Under the pieces are notes generated by a model. That model saw nothing but the letters and a program-made list of their open reading frames with translations, had not been told where the DNA came from and did no database searches. Both the position numbers and the translations under genes were made by a program. From the NCBI GenBank assembly GCA_951406725.2, contig OX597823.1, positions 68,014,001 to 68,078,000 of the forward strand: a stretch of 64,000 nt of DNA, in the 5' to 3' direction. Positions within the stretch are counted from its first letter, which is position 1, and each line of letters begins with the position of its first letter. Origin of the DNA: Octopus vulgaris. Lineage: Eukaryota. Below, piece after piece: positions 51,101-63,962 of the stretch.

Positions 51101-52443
51101 TTATGATGTGTGTGTGTGTGATGTTTTGTAGAGTAAAAGGTAAGTGTAACTGATTAGAACAATAATGTTTATATACAACCTGACATTCTACTTTATCATT
51201 CTCCCCCACTCTCTCTCTGTTTTTCTCACTCTCTCTTCTTCTCTTTCATATACATACCCTCACAAATACATATACGCACATGAACAGGCATATGTTGTTA
51301 GCTTTGGTAGAATATCTTTTTTACCTATTTTTTTAAACCTATTTTAATCATACGAAGCAAGAGAGAGATTTGCTATGAATACAGAGACTATTTTTTTTAT
51401 GTAATCAACAGGAAAATACATTTGAGATAATATGAATATAATATTCATTAATATCAAATATTTATGGTGGTTAAGATTAATAATGTTAAATATTACAGCC
51501 ACTACTGCATTATGGCATGAATCCATTATAACAATATTTGGCACAAGAAATTCTTTGTAGAATGTAACTATTTCTTACAATGAATCTTTGCAAGAATTCT
51601 ATTGCTATACATAGTAAATCGTTATGTCACAACACCAGACTAATGTCAAGTCCAAAGAGTCATTATAATCAAAAATAATAAGAAGAAAAAAAGAAGTAAA
51701 TCTTTATACTCAATAACCTTGTTCTTTAGTGAATCGAGTAAAATTAAGCTTGAAGTAAATTAAATTTGACAAAGAAAATAGCTTTTATCCTGGCCACTTT
51801 ATACATTTCAAGACTTATTTATTTGTAGCCTATAATTTGTAAATGGAAATGAAAACTCATTCTATTATAAATATATTATGAAGTAAAAATGTCAGTAACA
51901 GGCAAGCAAAAGAAAAACTTGCCAGATTGATCTTTTGCCATAAGAAATCATGCAAGACTTAGAGAGAACATTAAGCAACCAACTAAATAAATTAGAACTT
52001 TAGAGGAACTAATCAATAGGTTATGAAAACTATTGCATATTAAAGAAATAGTTTTTATTCTGACATTTTTGAAAAAATACATGAAAAATTGAATTGGATT
52101 TTGAATTAGATTATTTCTTTTTCTGTGTCTCCATCGTTAGATATATTTGTGTTTTTTTTAAAATTAATATGATGAGGAAGTATTGCATTTAAAGAAATTT
52201 ACTTTACAAGGTGAGAATGGATTCAAAGTTTTAAAGCTAGAATATTACTGTGCTCATTGTCTTGAGATATGCATGAAAATGTAATGTTGTTTCTGTAAGA
52301 TTATAACATCGAAAGATGACTCTTAATAATTACATTAAGTCCTGCACTTTACTGTATCAATTAACTCACTGCTTCTATTCAGATCTAAAGTCATCAACAT
52401 TTTCTCATTTTGAAAATGTTCATTATAGTTTGTTCCTTAAACT

Positions 52444-52842
52444 GACTGGGGTACAAATATATGAAGCACAGTATACCCATCATGACTACCCACATGATAA
52501 GGGTACACCAGACACATGCATCACAACCATATTTGTGTGATACAGCGACCTCATATCAAGATAAACACAGCATGATCTTGCAGGTGGGGCCCAGTTAGAA
52601 TTTTCTACAAGTCGAGCAACCCATCCCACTCAAAAGATCCCTGAAAAAGGGTTGTTTAAGAATGTTGAATGAAACACCTGTGTTTCCAAAGGTGAATTAT
52701 TCAAACCCCACAACATTCCTCTCAACACATAGCTATGATGCTTCCCCAATACTTCTGCTCATGATCAGAGATGCACATATTGTCAGCCACTAAGGAACAT
52801 ACTGAAATGGTTAAGGTAAAGCAACTGACAAGCGAATCTGTA
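52444..52842 (-). mobile_element. Truncated copy of the family E element (see 60539-61197)
   Basis: Reverse-complement match to about 60768-61165. Confidence 0.85.
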
Positions 52843-52898
52843 ATAATACGTTCTGATTATTATTATTATTATTGTTGTTGTTGTTGTTGTTATTGTTA

Positions 52899-54833
52899 TC
52901 AGTGAGGTAAGATGTGATTTTTCTGAGGTCCATGTGTAGTAGTTTGTGTTGAAATTTTTAAAGATTGTTGCTCATTTGTTTCATTTGTTAATTATGTGAG
53001 ACCCCTCTTGTTAACTAGAAGAGGTCTGTTGTTGAGCATTTGCCCTTTTGGGGTCAATTTTGGACTTTTAGTCCTTAAAAAAAAAATGTTTTTCATAAAA
53101 CGATAAACAAGATGGACTCTGTTGTCAAGGGGAGTGGCAGTGGCTGTCCTAGCAGCCATTATTGTGTTGATTACCCCCACTGAACAACACCAGTACCAGT
53201 ACAAACACACAAAACAAAAATATTTCAGTCATGACACGAATATAGACATCAACGAGAAAAATACAGACATGAACACTGACGACATGGACAAGGAACAGAA
53301 AGAAAAAATGACGACTCAACAAGCAAACCAGACAAGTGCAGTTTTGCATTGGCCACTGGTCAAACAAAGGAGCAATAGTGCTCTTCTCTGTTCTAAATAT
53401 TTACTTTTAGAATAGTGATGCTCAGAACATGTTGTATAAATGTCAAGGGCCTCAGGTCGTCTTGGAAACAAGATCACCTTCAGGTAGTGTAGACGAAGCA
53501 GCCACTAGTGAATCCAGACTAACCTACCCATGGGATCTCATCACCCATTTCAGTGGATACAAGATTTTTCTATCTCTGTGTTAGCTAGGAGGGGGCAATG
53601 GTGCTTTTCCGGAAAGGTCTGAATTTGAAAATAAAGGTAATCTTCCTGGATCCAGAAAGTAAGTTGGTGGTCCTAAATATGAATAGCAGTGTTGGCAATG
53701 CCTTCAGACTGATAGCTGCCTATGCTCTGACAGGAGCAGGGTGGTTTGATTACTGCAAGCGTCAGGAGGTTTTCCTGGAAGCATCTTGGACTTTAGTGTT
53801 AGTAAAGGATTGGAACGCTGTCTTAGGACATTTCGATTGCCTGGGAGTATCTGATAGGAGATGGAGTGCAAAAGCCTCAAAAACCTGCTCAGACGTTTTT
53901 AATTGTTTGACAGGTATTGACTAGATTACCCGAATGTGCCAATGTGGACTTGGACAAATTGCATTGGGTTATCTAGATCATATTTAGATAGAGTTTTCCG
54001 TAGGCCAGCAGATAAAGATAGTATAGGTTGTCCACAATTTCACTTAGTCAGCTACACAGACCACAAATTTGTGATCTATACAGTCAACTCAGATAAGCTT
54101 CATAGACAGGGTCCTGGTTACTGGAAACTGAACACATCATTACAGGCATGTCAAGCTTACAGAGACTGGATTAGTGTTTTAGTTAAGAGGGTATTGACAG
54201 GTGCAATCCTCAGCAACAACTGGTGGTTTGCTCTTAAAAGGACAATTAGAGCAAAATCGATTAGGTTTAGCAAGGCTTTAACGGTGGAGAGAAAAAATAG
54301 AGAGAGATTTATTTAGAAAGTTAGACGAGGTGCTTAAAACAAGCATCGCAACTGATGCAGTTGGCAGTATTTCCACTCTAGTGTTCTATTGATGGCTAGT
54401 GGAGGGAAAATGTAGCAACGTTCTTGGAGAAACTCTAGGTGTTGATAAGGATCAACTAACTGGTTTGTTTCAGAGAACTTTCAGGCCTAGGCCTATGGGT
54501 AACTTCCAGAAATCCCTTGCCTGGCAGTGCTACTGAGGGGGCACTGCCTGTTTGGGATAAAGTCTACAGGCATGGAAGTGTCATCAGCTGGGCCTGCCTG
54601 AGGTGTGCGCAGAGCGATGAAACCATTCTGCACACTCTCGTTGAGTGCCCAAGTGTTGCTGATCTGTGGCTTTATGTTGAACACCTGCTGTCACATGTAG
54701 GACGGATCCGGCTCTCAGCTGGATTTTTTATTGTTTTCAAATGTTTACACACTGTAAAACCCTTTGTCTCATCTTGTGTTATCTTTTATGTTGTTTTATG
54801 TATGCCCTTGTGGCATACATAAAAGAACGAATC
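52899..54833 (+). mobile_element. Internally deleted L1/Tx1-clade LINE (APE endonuclease plus C-terminal zinc finger, no RT)
   Basis: Encodes CINVKGLR, FRLIAAYA, KDWNAV, WTWTN..SRSYLDRVF, TDHKFV and GPGYWKLN, then LPVWDKV..CLRC..ETILHTLVEC..LW. A 3' hairpin precedes taaaagaa; (ATT)n/(GTT)n lie on both sides. Confidence 0.85.
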
Positions 54834-54869
54834 ATTATTATTATTATTATTATTGTTGTTATTATTATT

Positions 54870-55285
54870 AAGATGATGAGCTGGTAGAATTGTTAATACA
54901 CCGGTCAAAATGCTGAGTGGCATTTCATCTGTGTGTAGGTTCTGAATTCAAATTCTGCCGAAGTAGACTTTGCCTTTCATATGTTAGGGGTTGATAAAAT
55001 AAGTACCAGTTATCTACTGGAGTTGATGTATTCAACTATCCCCCTCCCCCAAATTTCAGGCATTGTGCCTATAGTAGAAAGAATTATTATTATTAATATT
55101 ATTATCATCATCAAGGTGGCAAGTTGGTAGAATTTTTATTGCACCAAACAAAATGCTTAGTGGCAATTCTTCCAGTTTTACATTCTGAGTTCAAATGCTG
55201 CCAAGGTAACTTTGCTTTTTACCCTTTCAGGGTTGATAACTAAAGTACAAACTCAGCATCCTCTGTCTAAAATTGCTGTCCTTTA
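54870..55285 (+). mobile_element. Two tandem SINE family A copies
   Basis: Family A cores at about 54870-55085 and 55113-55285, within (ATT)n. Confidence 0.8.
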
Positions 55286-58200
55286 TTATTAATATCAATT
55301 TTTTAGTTGGCAAACAAATCTAATTGGAACAATTACACATTCCCAGATTTTGAAGAAATCGTTAAAACAACATCTTGCTTTCAGTTTGGTTTGATTTGTT
55401 TAGCTTTTACTCATTTCCTTTAATTTAGAAAATGGTCATATATTAAACAAATTTGAACATAACTAATCTGCACTCAATAAAGTAAGAATGATTAGTTCTC
55501 AGAGTTCTGAGGTGCTTTGCTTTGGCATGCAGTTGTGTACAGTGTCATTTTGAGCATATTCCTGTACATAACATATCCTGACATGGTACAAATGGTATTG
55601 CTGTTCTAGCTCTAAAAGTTTACTTTTCTATTTATTCAAAGTTTTATATGTCCAGCTACCTTCAAACTAAACAGAACTCAAAGTAATCAATGTTTTGTCC
55701 AGTCACCTTAAGGACTCTGCAACAAAGAACTTGTCTAAAGTTGTTTATTAAATGAAAGGAAGGTAATTCTTAGTGTTCCCAATCAGAACTAAAAGATTAG
55801 CTAACTATGGTTTAACTGAGTTTGCTGCCAGAAAAATGTCAATAGTGCAAAAATACTCTACAATCAAAGTCTGCAGCAATATATTTGGGCAATTTTTTCC
55901 CTTTTTGTTTTTGCATAGTTCAAGGGATTATATATTTTAGTTTCTATCAAAATCTATACAGGCTATTCATGTACACACATTGCAGTTTTGTTAGAGTTCT
56001 CAAATACTATATTGATTTTACTCATCTTTTCTAAATCATATTAACCAAAATAGTAACTTCATCTATGGAATGAATGTAGTGTAGAAAAATGCTATTTTTG
56101 AGAGGTTTACCTAAAGTTAAGACAGCTGTTTGGATATCATACGTACATTGATTTTTTTATGAAGTTTTCTGAACAGCAATTCATTGAAACTGAAGTTCTC
56201 ATCAAAGAATATATAACAAGGAAATTTAATATTTTCTGATAATTTTCACTCAGTCATGGTTAATGCTTGACTGTTTTCCATAGAAGCATGATATTTCACT
56301 TTTCATGGTTAAAGTGATAAATATATAAATAAATAAAATACTAAAAGATGATGTAAAAGTCTGATAGTAGATAATTCAACAAGAAAATTATCAGACTATT
56401 TCAAAATGCTGAGCAACAGCTATCACTGTATTAATAATAAATTAAATTAAATCAATAATTCTAAAATACAGGTCTATATATTTTCTTTGTCCGCAAGAAA
56501 AATGATACCATCCATTTAATATCTTAATAATTTAATGACAAAAATGTAAAGATAATGATTTGTAATATAAAAAAAACATTGAAAATGTAGTAAAAATGAC
56601 ATGCAAAAGCTATTATTATGGTTGTCTACTGAACATTTTAATGATTTTAGTCATAAATTTAAAATTCTATCTCAGATATATTTTGTTTCTTTTAGATTTT
56701 AATGGTAGATTTTTTTAGGTATCCTTAGAATAAAAAAATTAAAATTATAGACTTTGTTCAGGTATTTTAGAAAAAACTGATAGCTAATAAAAATACAAAG
56801 GTAAAAAAAAAAGAGCACTTATGACCTTCTAGATCATTAGGGCTAAAAGTTTCCATAACCCTTTACATCATTTTCACCCAATGGAACATTTTAACAAAGA
56901 TTAAAATTTTAGAGTTAAAACTTAAATTTTATTGCAGGTGGCCAAAATGCTATTTTCTATTTTGCACGGTTAAAATAATGTGTAAAATGAAGAAAACATT
57001 AAAACAATATTTATATATAAATTTTAAAATGATGAATCTTAAGTTGCCATAATAAAAATTTAAAAAAAAAAAAAAAAGAATACAGTATCATTCTAAGATG
57101 GCTTTGTCACCAAATAAAACCAAATAATAGGTACAAAAATAAATAACAGAACAAGAGAAAGTATGAATTTGATTTGAAGCTAAGCTAATTCAAGAATTAT
57201 TCCTGTTGAAAAAAAGTGAGAAAATAAGTTTAGAATGAAGATTCAATATAAAATAAATGTCTTTAAGTCAGTCTATTCAATAACATATAAGAACAAGTTA
57301 CTAAGTATTGCAATCAATTCATTACTAAAATGTATAAAAATTAGTTGAAGTTGTATTCATTTAATTAAAATAATTCCATATGGAAAGATATATTTTTCTG
57401 TTGGAAACTTTTCTAATTATCGAACAGTGCACAAAATAATGCATATTAGTTAAATTTTAATTACTGTCCCTGAGTGCATTTGAATTCTAATGAAACTATT
57501 TTCTGAGATTATGCATGCACACACACACAAAACTAATCAAATAAGATATTAAATCACTGTAAATTAAATTTTGTTAAGAAATAAAATAAGAGAATCTGCA
57601 ATATTTAGTAAATCATTTAACATTTTTTTATCCGTATTTAAAAAATGATTTTATCTTTCTATACCAAGAATTGGCTTGATACCCCAACAATTCTTTTTAT
57701 CATTTTGCAGTAATATTTTTTATCAGGCATTTATTCTATAGACCATAGCTATTTCATTAATCAGTATTTGGTCTCCTTTTATTTAGTTCATCAGATATTC
57801 TAGGTCTGTAGTACTTGCTAGTAGTTATTAGTTTCTGTCTTGTCCTTAGTGTTTCATTTTACTTTTCAATTCACTAGCTATAGATTCAAACTCACTGCAG
57901 TGTATCTGACAACTGACATTTGTTTGTGAAATTGACACACAAAGCATATTTTCATAGCTTTTAGAAATTCACTTTGTTGTCAAATTATTCTATGCTCGCC
58001 ATCATGAAAATATAGTTGAACACTAACTGTATGAAAGTAGTAATTGTGATTTACATCTGCATTTGCTGGTTCTTTTTGTTTACTTTTTACTGACTTACAT
58101 TGCCCATTTACTTCATGATCATAAGTCCATTGCTTTCATTTGAAGTGCAATTGTGAAACCAATTTGAGTACTCAGAAACTTGCCAGAGGTCAGATATTTC

Positions 58201-60233
58201 AATCTTGCCACTACTGTTGTGATGAATCTGTGGCTAGATACTTAAATCAAACTGTTTAAATTTGGTTTGCTCTAAGAAAGTGACAACAGTGGCATAATTC
58301 ACAGTAAAACTTGACTTTTTATCTAGTAGTGCTGAGTAAAGTTCTGTTTGCTGGGAAAGTAATGGGTGACTGGCATTTTATTAAAAGAATAGTTAACTCT
58401 TATTTTCTTAAGGCCATGGGTCAAATTTAAGCATTTCTTAGTTGATTGCAGAAACTTTGAAGGCTTAGAACCGTTCTCATTAAACTCATGTATACTATTA
58501 GAGCTCTAATTGCATACATCACATTAATGAATATATATAAAGAATTCCATATCACTGATAACGATAATTCCTACAATTTCAAATTCCTTTGTTTTAATAA
58601 ATTTAACAACAGGCATTGCCTGTTGAAAATATATTAAATTCATATTCTATTTGTAGCAAGTTTATAAATTCATTCTGCATCGTGTCCTCTTCAAAAGTAT
58701 TGTTTTCTTAATGATCTAGTCAACTGAATGAAGTATTTGAGTTAACTTATATTAGTATATCCAAGTAGAAATTTGTTTTATTTATAAGTAGCAGAAAATA
58801 GTATCAGAAGCTATGAGATTTAACAAAGAATGAAACTGACTTTAGTAATTCTTGTGATTTGTGCTCTGGCTGTGAGTATTCAAGAAAATAGAGGAAAATG
58901 CCCACTATAAAAATTATAACACAATGATACCTTTTAAATTAATAGTAATGAACTAAGATCAAAATGCTTAATGTAAGGTTACAATGAATCCCTCAAAGAG
59001 TGCAGTATAAACTCAGATATAGTAAATATCTTATTTATCATACAAAGAAGTTAGCTTAAAGGATTATTTTTGTAGAATAGATATCATGTAAAAGAATAAA
59101 TAAAATAAAACTAACAAAACCTTAAGGAACGTGTGGAAATCAGATTAATTGTTATTTTAAGAAGTTTAGAGAAAGAAATAAGCTGCATAATCTGTGCTTG
59201 AAAGCATCTTAATTCACTGTTCCAACAACCAGATATGAAGTAATAACGTGACATCTAATAATCAATAATTAAAACAAACATCCATAATAAATTAATCAAA
59301 TTTTACACCAACATAAGCCTATGTTACACACAAACACACACACACACATATTAGAAGAATATCTCCCAAAACCTGATAAACAGTAGTAGCCTCACTTATA
59401 ATATTACAGAAATTTATGTTTATAAAAGCCTTAAATAATTTCATTGATATAAGTTTATTCCATATTTTCATAGATAATTTCTTTTAAAGCAGACTGCAAT
59501 ACCAGTCATGAAAAAATTGACGTCAAAATTGTTGAATGGTAAATACCATTATTTAAACTAGCATGTAACTCACTCAGTTTAGTCGTTTATTTGCTCTGTT
59601 GGTTACATTATCATATATTAGTAAAAATTATTGATTTGAAGCAATATGATTAATATAAAAAAAGTTTATTAAAAGAAAGCACAGAGTCAAAGTAGTAAGA
59701 GAAAAGAAATGTCAAAATGAATTTTTTTTTCAGAGAGATGACAATTTCAATTTTTCTGTTTATTTGCTGAGTCTGGAGAAAGTTTCAGTGCCCATGCCCT
59801 TTATAAGCTCTGTAAGAAAGGTAAACTTGATGCTGTTAATGTTCCATTTAAATTATTATAGCTCAACACCTACAGGGAAGATATCAGCAAGGGGGTGGGG
59901 AACCTTTAGAGTAATGATGTCTTGGTGAGAAGACATTGGGCATAGTGGTTAGTGTGGAGCTGATGGGGAGTGAGGACACAACAAGAATGCTCAGAAATAA
60001 AGAGAACAAGTGGGTTTGGGGTACCTGTGTGGAGGAGGCACAGGAGTAGCCAGCTCTGACCATATTAAAATGGGACTGAAACTAGATTGCAAATCAGGAT
60101 TCACAGAAACTATTTCTATTTCTTAGTACTAATAGAATTACAAGCAAAACAGTAGCTGTGCATCAATTGTCATGAACTTACATACATACATGTACACAAA
60201 CAATAACATAAGTAGCAGCAGTTTTTCAAACTC

Positions 60234-60283
<50 letters not shown>

Positions 60284-60285
<2 letters not shown>

Positions 60286-60499
60286 CTTTTCTACTCTTGT
60301 CATAAGGCCTGGATTTTGTGGGGAGGGGGTTAGTCGATCACATTGACTCCAGGACTCAACTGGTACTTAATTTATTGATCCCGAAAGGATGAAAGACAAA
60401 GTCAACTTTGGCGGCATTTGAACTCAGAATGTAAAGACAGATGAAATACTGCTAAGCATTTCGACCAGCATGCTAATGGTTCTGCAAGCTCACCACCTT
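60284..60499 (-). mobile_element. SINE family A within (AAT)n
   Basis: Family A core and tail; (AAT)n on both sides. Confidence 0.88.
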
Positions 60500-60503
60500 T
60501 AAT

Positions 60504-60538
<35 letters not shown>

Positions 60539-61197
60539 GCAGTACCAGGCAGTGGCTCTCAGCAGTACCAGGCAGTGGCTCTCAGCAGTACCAGGCAGTG
60601 GCTCTCAATGCCCTGATGCAGTACCAGGCAGTGGCTCTCAATGCCCTGATGCAGTACCAGGCAGTGGCTCTCATGGCTTCTGATCTTAACTGATTGGAAG
60701 TGTTATCATGTACATTGTTTTGTCTTGGTATAAAAGATGGGCTACAGCAAATATTCTGCTCAATACCACAGATTTGCTTGTCAGTTGTTTGACCGTAACC
60801 AGTTGAGCATGTCCCTTAGTGGCTGACGATATGTGCATCTCTGATCACGAGCAGAAGTAGTGGGGGAGCATCATAGCCATGTGTTGAGAGGGATTCTTTG
60901 GGGTTTGAATAATAACCTCTGGAAACATGGGTGGTTCTTTCAACATCCTTAAACAACCCTTATTCAGGGACCTTTTGAGTGGGATGGGCTACTCAACCTG
61001 AAGAAAATTCTAACTGGGCCCCACCTGCAAGGTCATGTGCTGTTTATCTTGATATGAGATCACCATGTCGCGCACATATGGTTGTGATGCATGTGCCTGG
61101 TGTACCCTTATCAGACGGGTAGTCATGATGGGTATATTGGGCTTCGTATATTTTACCCCAGTGTCACTTTGATGGCATGCACTGCTCTCTCACTCAA
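60539..61197 (+). mobile_element. Unclassified non-coding interspersed repeat (family E) embedded in (AAT)n, with a 5' tandem array
   Basis: Second copy at 52444-52842; five exact copies of gcagtaccaggcagtggctctca at 60539-60673. Confidence 0.8.
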
Positions 61198-61916
61198 TAA
61201 TAATAATAATAATAATAATGATAAATCCTGAATTATAAAAATATAAAAAAAAATAATATGAATGCCTCAAATTTATAGAAAATTATATATAAGAATGTTG
61301 ATTTTGACAGTAATTTTTGAAAGTAAGAAGACAGAATCAGCTATTGATTAAATAGATTTGGTGTTAATCACTAATAGTTGAATGGACTATGCTCAGTGAA
61401 GTAGAGAAAACGAAATGTTATTAACAACATTAAATACTATCTACAATGAAAATACTCCTACTTTAGGCATATACAGCGAGTATGATGAGAAGAGAAATGG
61501 ATAGATAAGGATTATGGATGAATAAACACAGATAATTGGAACATGTGTTAATGAGAACACAGGAGAATATATGGAGAGCAATTGTTATATGTTGATTGGA
61601 GAATGTGGGATATTCTGTATTTTTATAGTTTAGCCAGAGGAGGAAGGGCAATGCTGCCCATGTTCTAATTTCTAAGACATGTAGTAGAAATGCTTGTATA
61701 TCTATATGGCAATATTAAACAGAGTAATGCTATATAAAATCAGTAATAGCTTCCTCGAAGGGTTTTCATTTTTTATCTACCAAAAATTGTTCATGAGGTT
61801 AATATAGAAGATATATGCCTAAGGTTTACTGTAGATGAATTCAATCTGAAACCACACAGCTGTGAAGTAAATTCCTTAATATATGACCATGACTGCACTG
61901 TTTTACCTTTACTAAA

Positions 61917-62112
61917 GCAGTGAGCTGGCAGAATCATTAGCATGCCAGGTAAAACGCTTAGTGGCATTTTGTCTGTCAAATTCTGCTGAGGTTGACTTTG
62001 CCTTTCATCCTTTCAGGGTTGATAAAATAAGTACCAGTTGAGTATTGGGATTGATGTAATCAACTTATCCCCTTCTCCGGAATTGCTGGCCTTGTGCCAA
62101 AATTTGAAATAA
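61917..62112 (+). mobile_element. SINE family A
   Basis: gcagtgagctggcagaatcattagc...gactttgcctttcatcctttcagggttgataaaataagtaccag; flanked by tttaccttt on both sides. Confidence 0.88.
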
Positions 62113-62477
62113 GTATTTACCTTTGCTCTTGCCTTAACCATGCAGCAGTGCCTTGCTCTATATTTTAACCATGTAGCCACAATTATGCCCATATTTTAAA
62201 GACATAGCCTTGCATTTATCCATTTCATGGCCTCACAACCATATCTTCATCCATGTTTTAAGCATACACCCATGCTTTTATCTGACTTGAACTACACAGC
62301 TATGGCCTCACCATGTAACTTAGGCTTTTTAACTTCATATCTAAGCTTACATTGATATCTTAACCACACATACATTCCTTCATCCATGTCAAAACTATAT
62401 AGCTATGGTTGAATCTATAAAAGCTGCTGATGATTAAGTGTTTACTATAGAAAAAACTGGTTAAATGTATTAATATA

Positions 62478-62810
62478 AAGTTCTATATTTAAGAGATGAG
62501 GAATTATTTACGTTATTAACATTTTATGGATATTTGTCCTCTTGTTTGTTGTTAACACTTTTCAGCTGATATACCCTCCAGCCTTCATCAGGTGTCTTGG
62601 GGAATTTTCGAACCTGGGTTCTCATTCCTAAGGTATTTTTTGATGTTATTTTTATTATTATTATTATTCAGGTCACTTCCTGGAATCAAAGTCAGAATCT
62701 TGGGGTTAGTAGCCTGTGCTCTCGACCACTATGCCATGGGCATATAGCATAGTGGTTAAAAGCATGGGCTACTAACCTCAAGATTCCGAGTTTGATTTCA
62801 GGCAGGGACC

Positions 62811-62847
<37 letters not shown>

Positions 62848-62975
62848 CATCAAAAATACCTTAGGAATGAGAACCCAGGTTCGAAAATTCCCCTGATGAC
62901 GGCAGGAGGCTATATCAGCTGAAACGTTGAGTTAAGAACAAACAAAATGAGAACAAATACCCATCAAATGTAAAT
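62478..62975. mobile_element. Head-to-head palindromic element: tRNA-like head, (AAT)n and hammerhead-bearing tail on each arm
   Basis: Arms of about 62505-62737 (-) and 62739-62975 (+) are reverse complements; the 14-bp direct repeat aatgtattaatata flanks the whole unit. Confidence 0.85.
62893..62933 (+). ncRNA. Minimal type I hammerhead ribozyme motif (Penelope-type), degenerate copy
   Basis: CTGATGA-c-ggcag-gaggctatat-cagct-GAAAC-GTT-gagtt. The mirrored copy at 62554-62596 (-) retains stems I and II. Activity is untested. Confidence 0.55.
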
Positions 62976-63609
62976 AATGTATTAATATATTTTATAAATA
63001 ATAGAATAAAAGGAATTACAGCAATAGTCAAAGATGATGAAACCGTGTCATTTCTTTCGACTAAAAGCAATGAAATAATTTCATATCACAGAGTAAATCA
63101 GGGATATTTTTAACAATAGATCGGAAATTTTAAATTGATTAAAGAGTAAAGTTTAGTGAACTAAAAGTGGTAGACATTTTTAATGTGAAAATAGTAAATC
63201 AAAAAGGTATCTTATACTCATTATTATTAATTTAGTTAATTGCAGTGAAGATAATGAGAAAGTGGAAAACTGAAGTAAATATTCTGCAAAAGGCATACTG
63301 ACAAAATTTTCAGAGACATCTCCATTATGAAACATTTCCATTATGAGTTCAACTCCTGCTGTTGTTAACTTTATGATGTTCTTAAAGAATTGATAGAATA
63401 AGGTACCAGCCAAGTATTGGGTTGAATTAATTAACTGCATCCCTTCCCAAAATCTGTCACCCTGGGCCAATATGAGAACTCAATTGTCAGAGAAGTTTCA
63501 TTCCATCAATAGAGAAGCTGCATTGCATCATGAACTAATCTAAGCTGCATTCCATCATAAACTAATCTATCACCTTACTCAGTTTACATTAGTTTTTTTT
63601 TACTGTACA

Positions 63610-63962
63610 TCAACATCAAAATAAAAATCAATGGAAATTGTAGTTGTCATACCCGTGCCAGTAGCACGTAAAAAGCACCAGCCGAATGTGGCTGATGCCA
63701 ACGCTGCCTTGACTGGTGTCCATGCTGGTGACACGTAAAAAGCACCAACCGATCGTGGCCATTTGCCAGCCTCCTCTGACCCATGTTTCCATGGCATGTA
63801 AAAAGCACCCACTTCTCTCATGGAGTGGTTGGCATTAGGAAGGGCCAGAAACACTGCCAGATCAGACTGGAGCCTAGTGCAGCCTCCTGGCTTCCCAGAC
63901 TCTGGTCGAACCATCCAACCCATGCTAGCATAGAAAACGGATATTAAATGATGATCATGATG
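63610..63962 (+). mobile_element. Family C element: hairpin units plus tail
   Basis: Same leader (aatggaaattgtagttgt) as at about 26260, three gtaaaaagcacc units, and tail catgctagcatagaaaacggatattaaatgatg. Confidence 0.85.

Noticed and set aside
63515-63568. 27-bp tandem duplication (also 18-bp at about 23493-23528 and 28-bp at about 30453-30508)
   Set aside because: Ordinary slippage duplications with no further structure.
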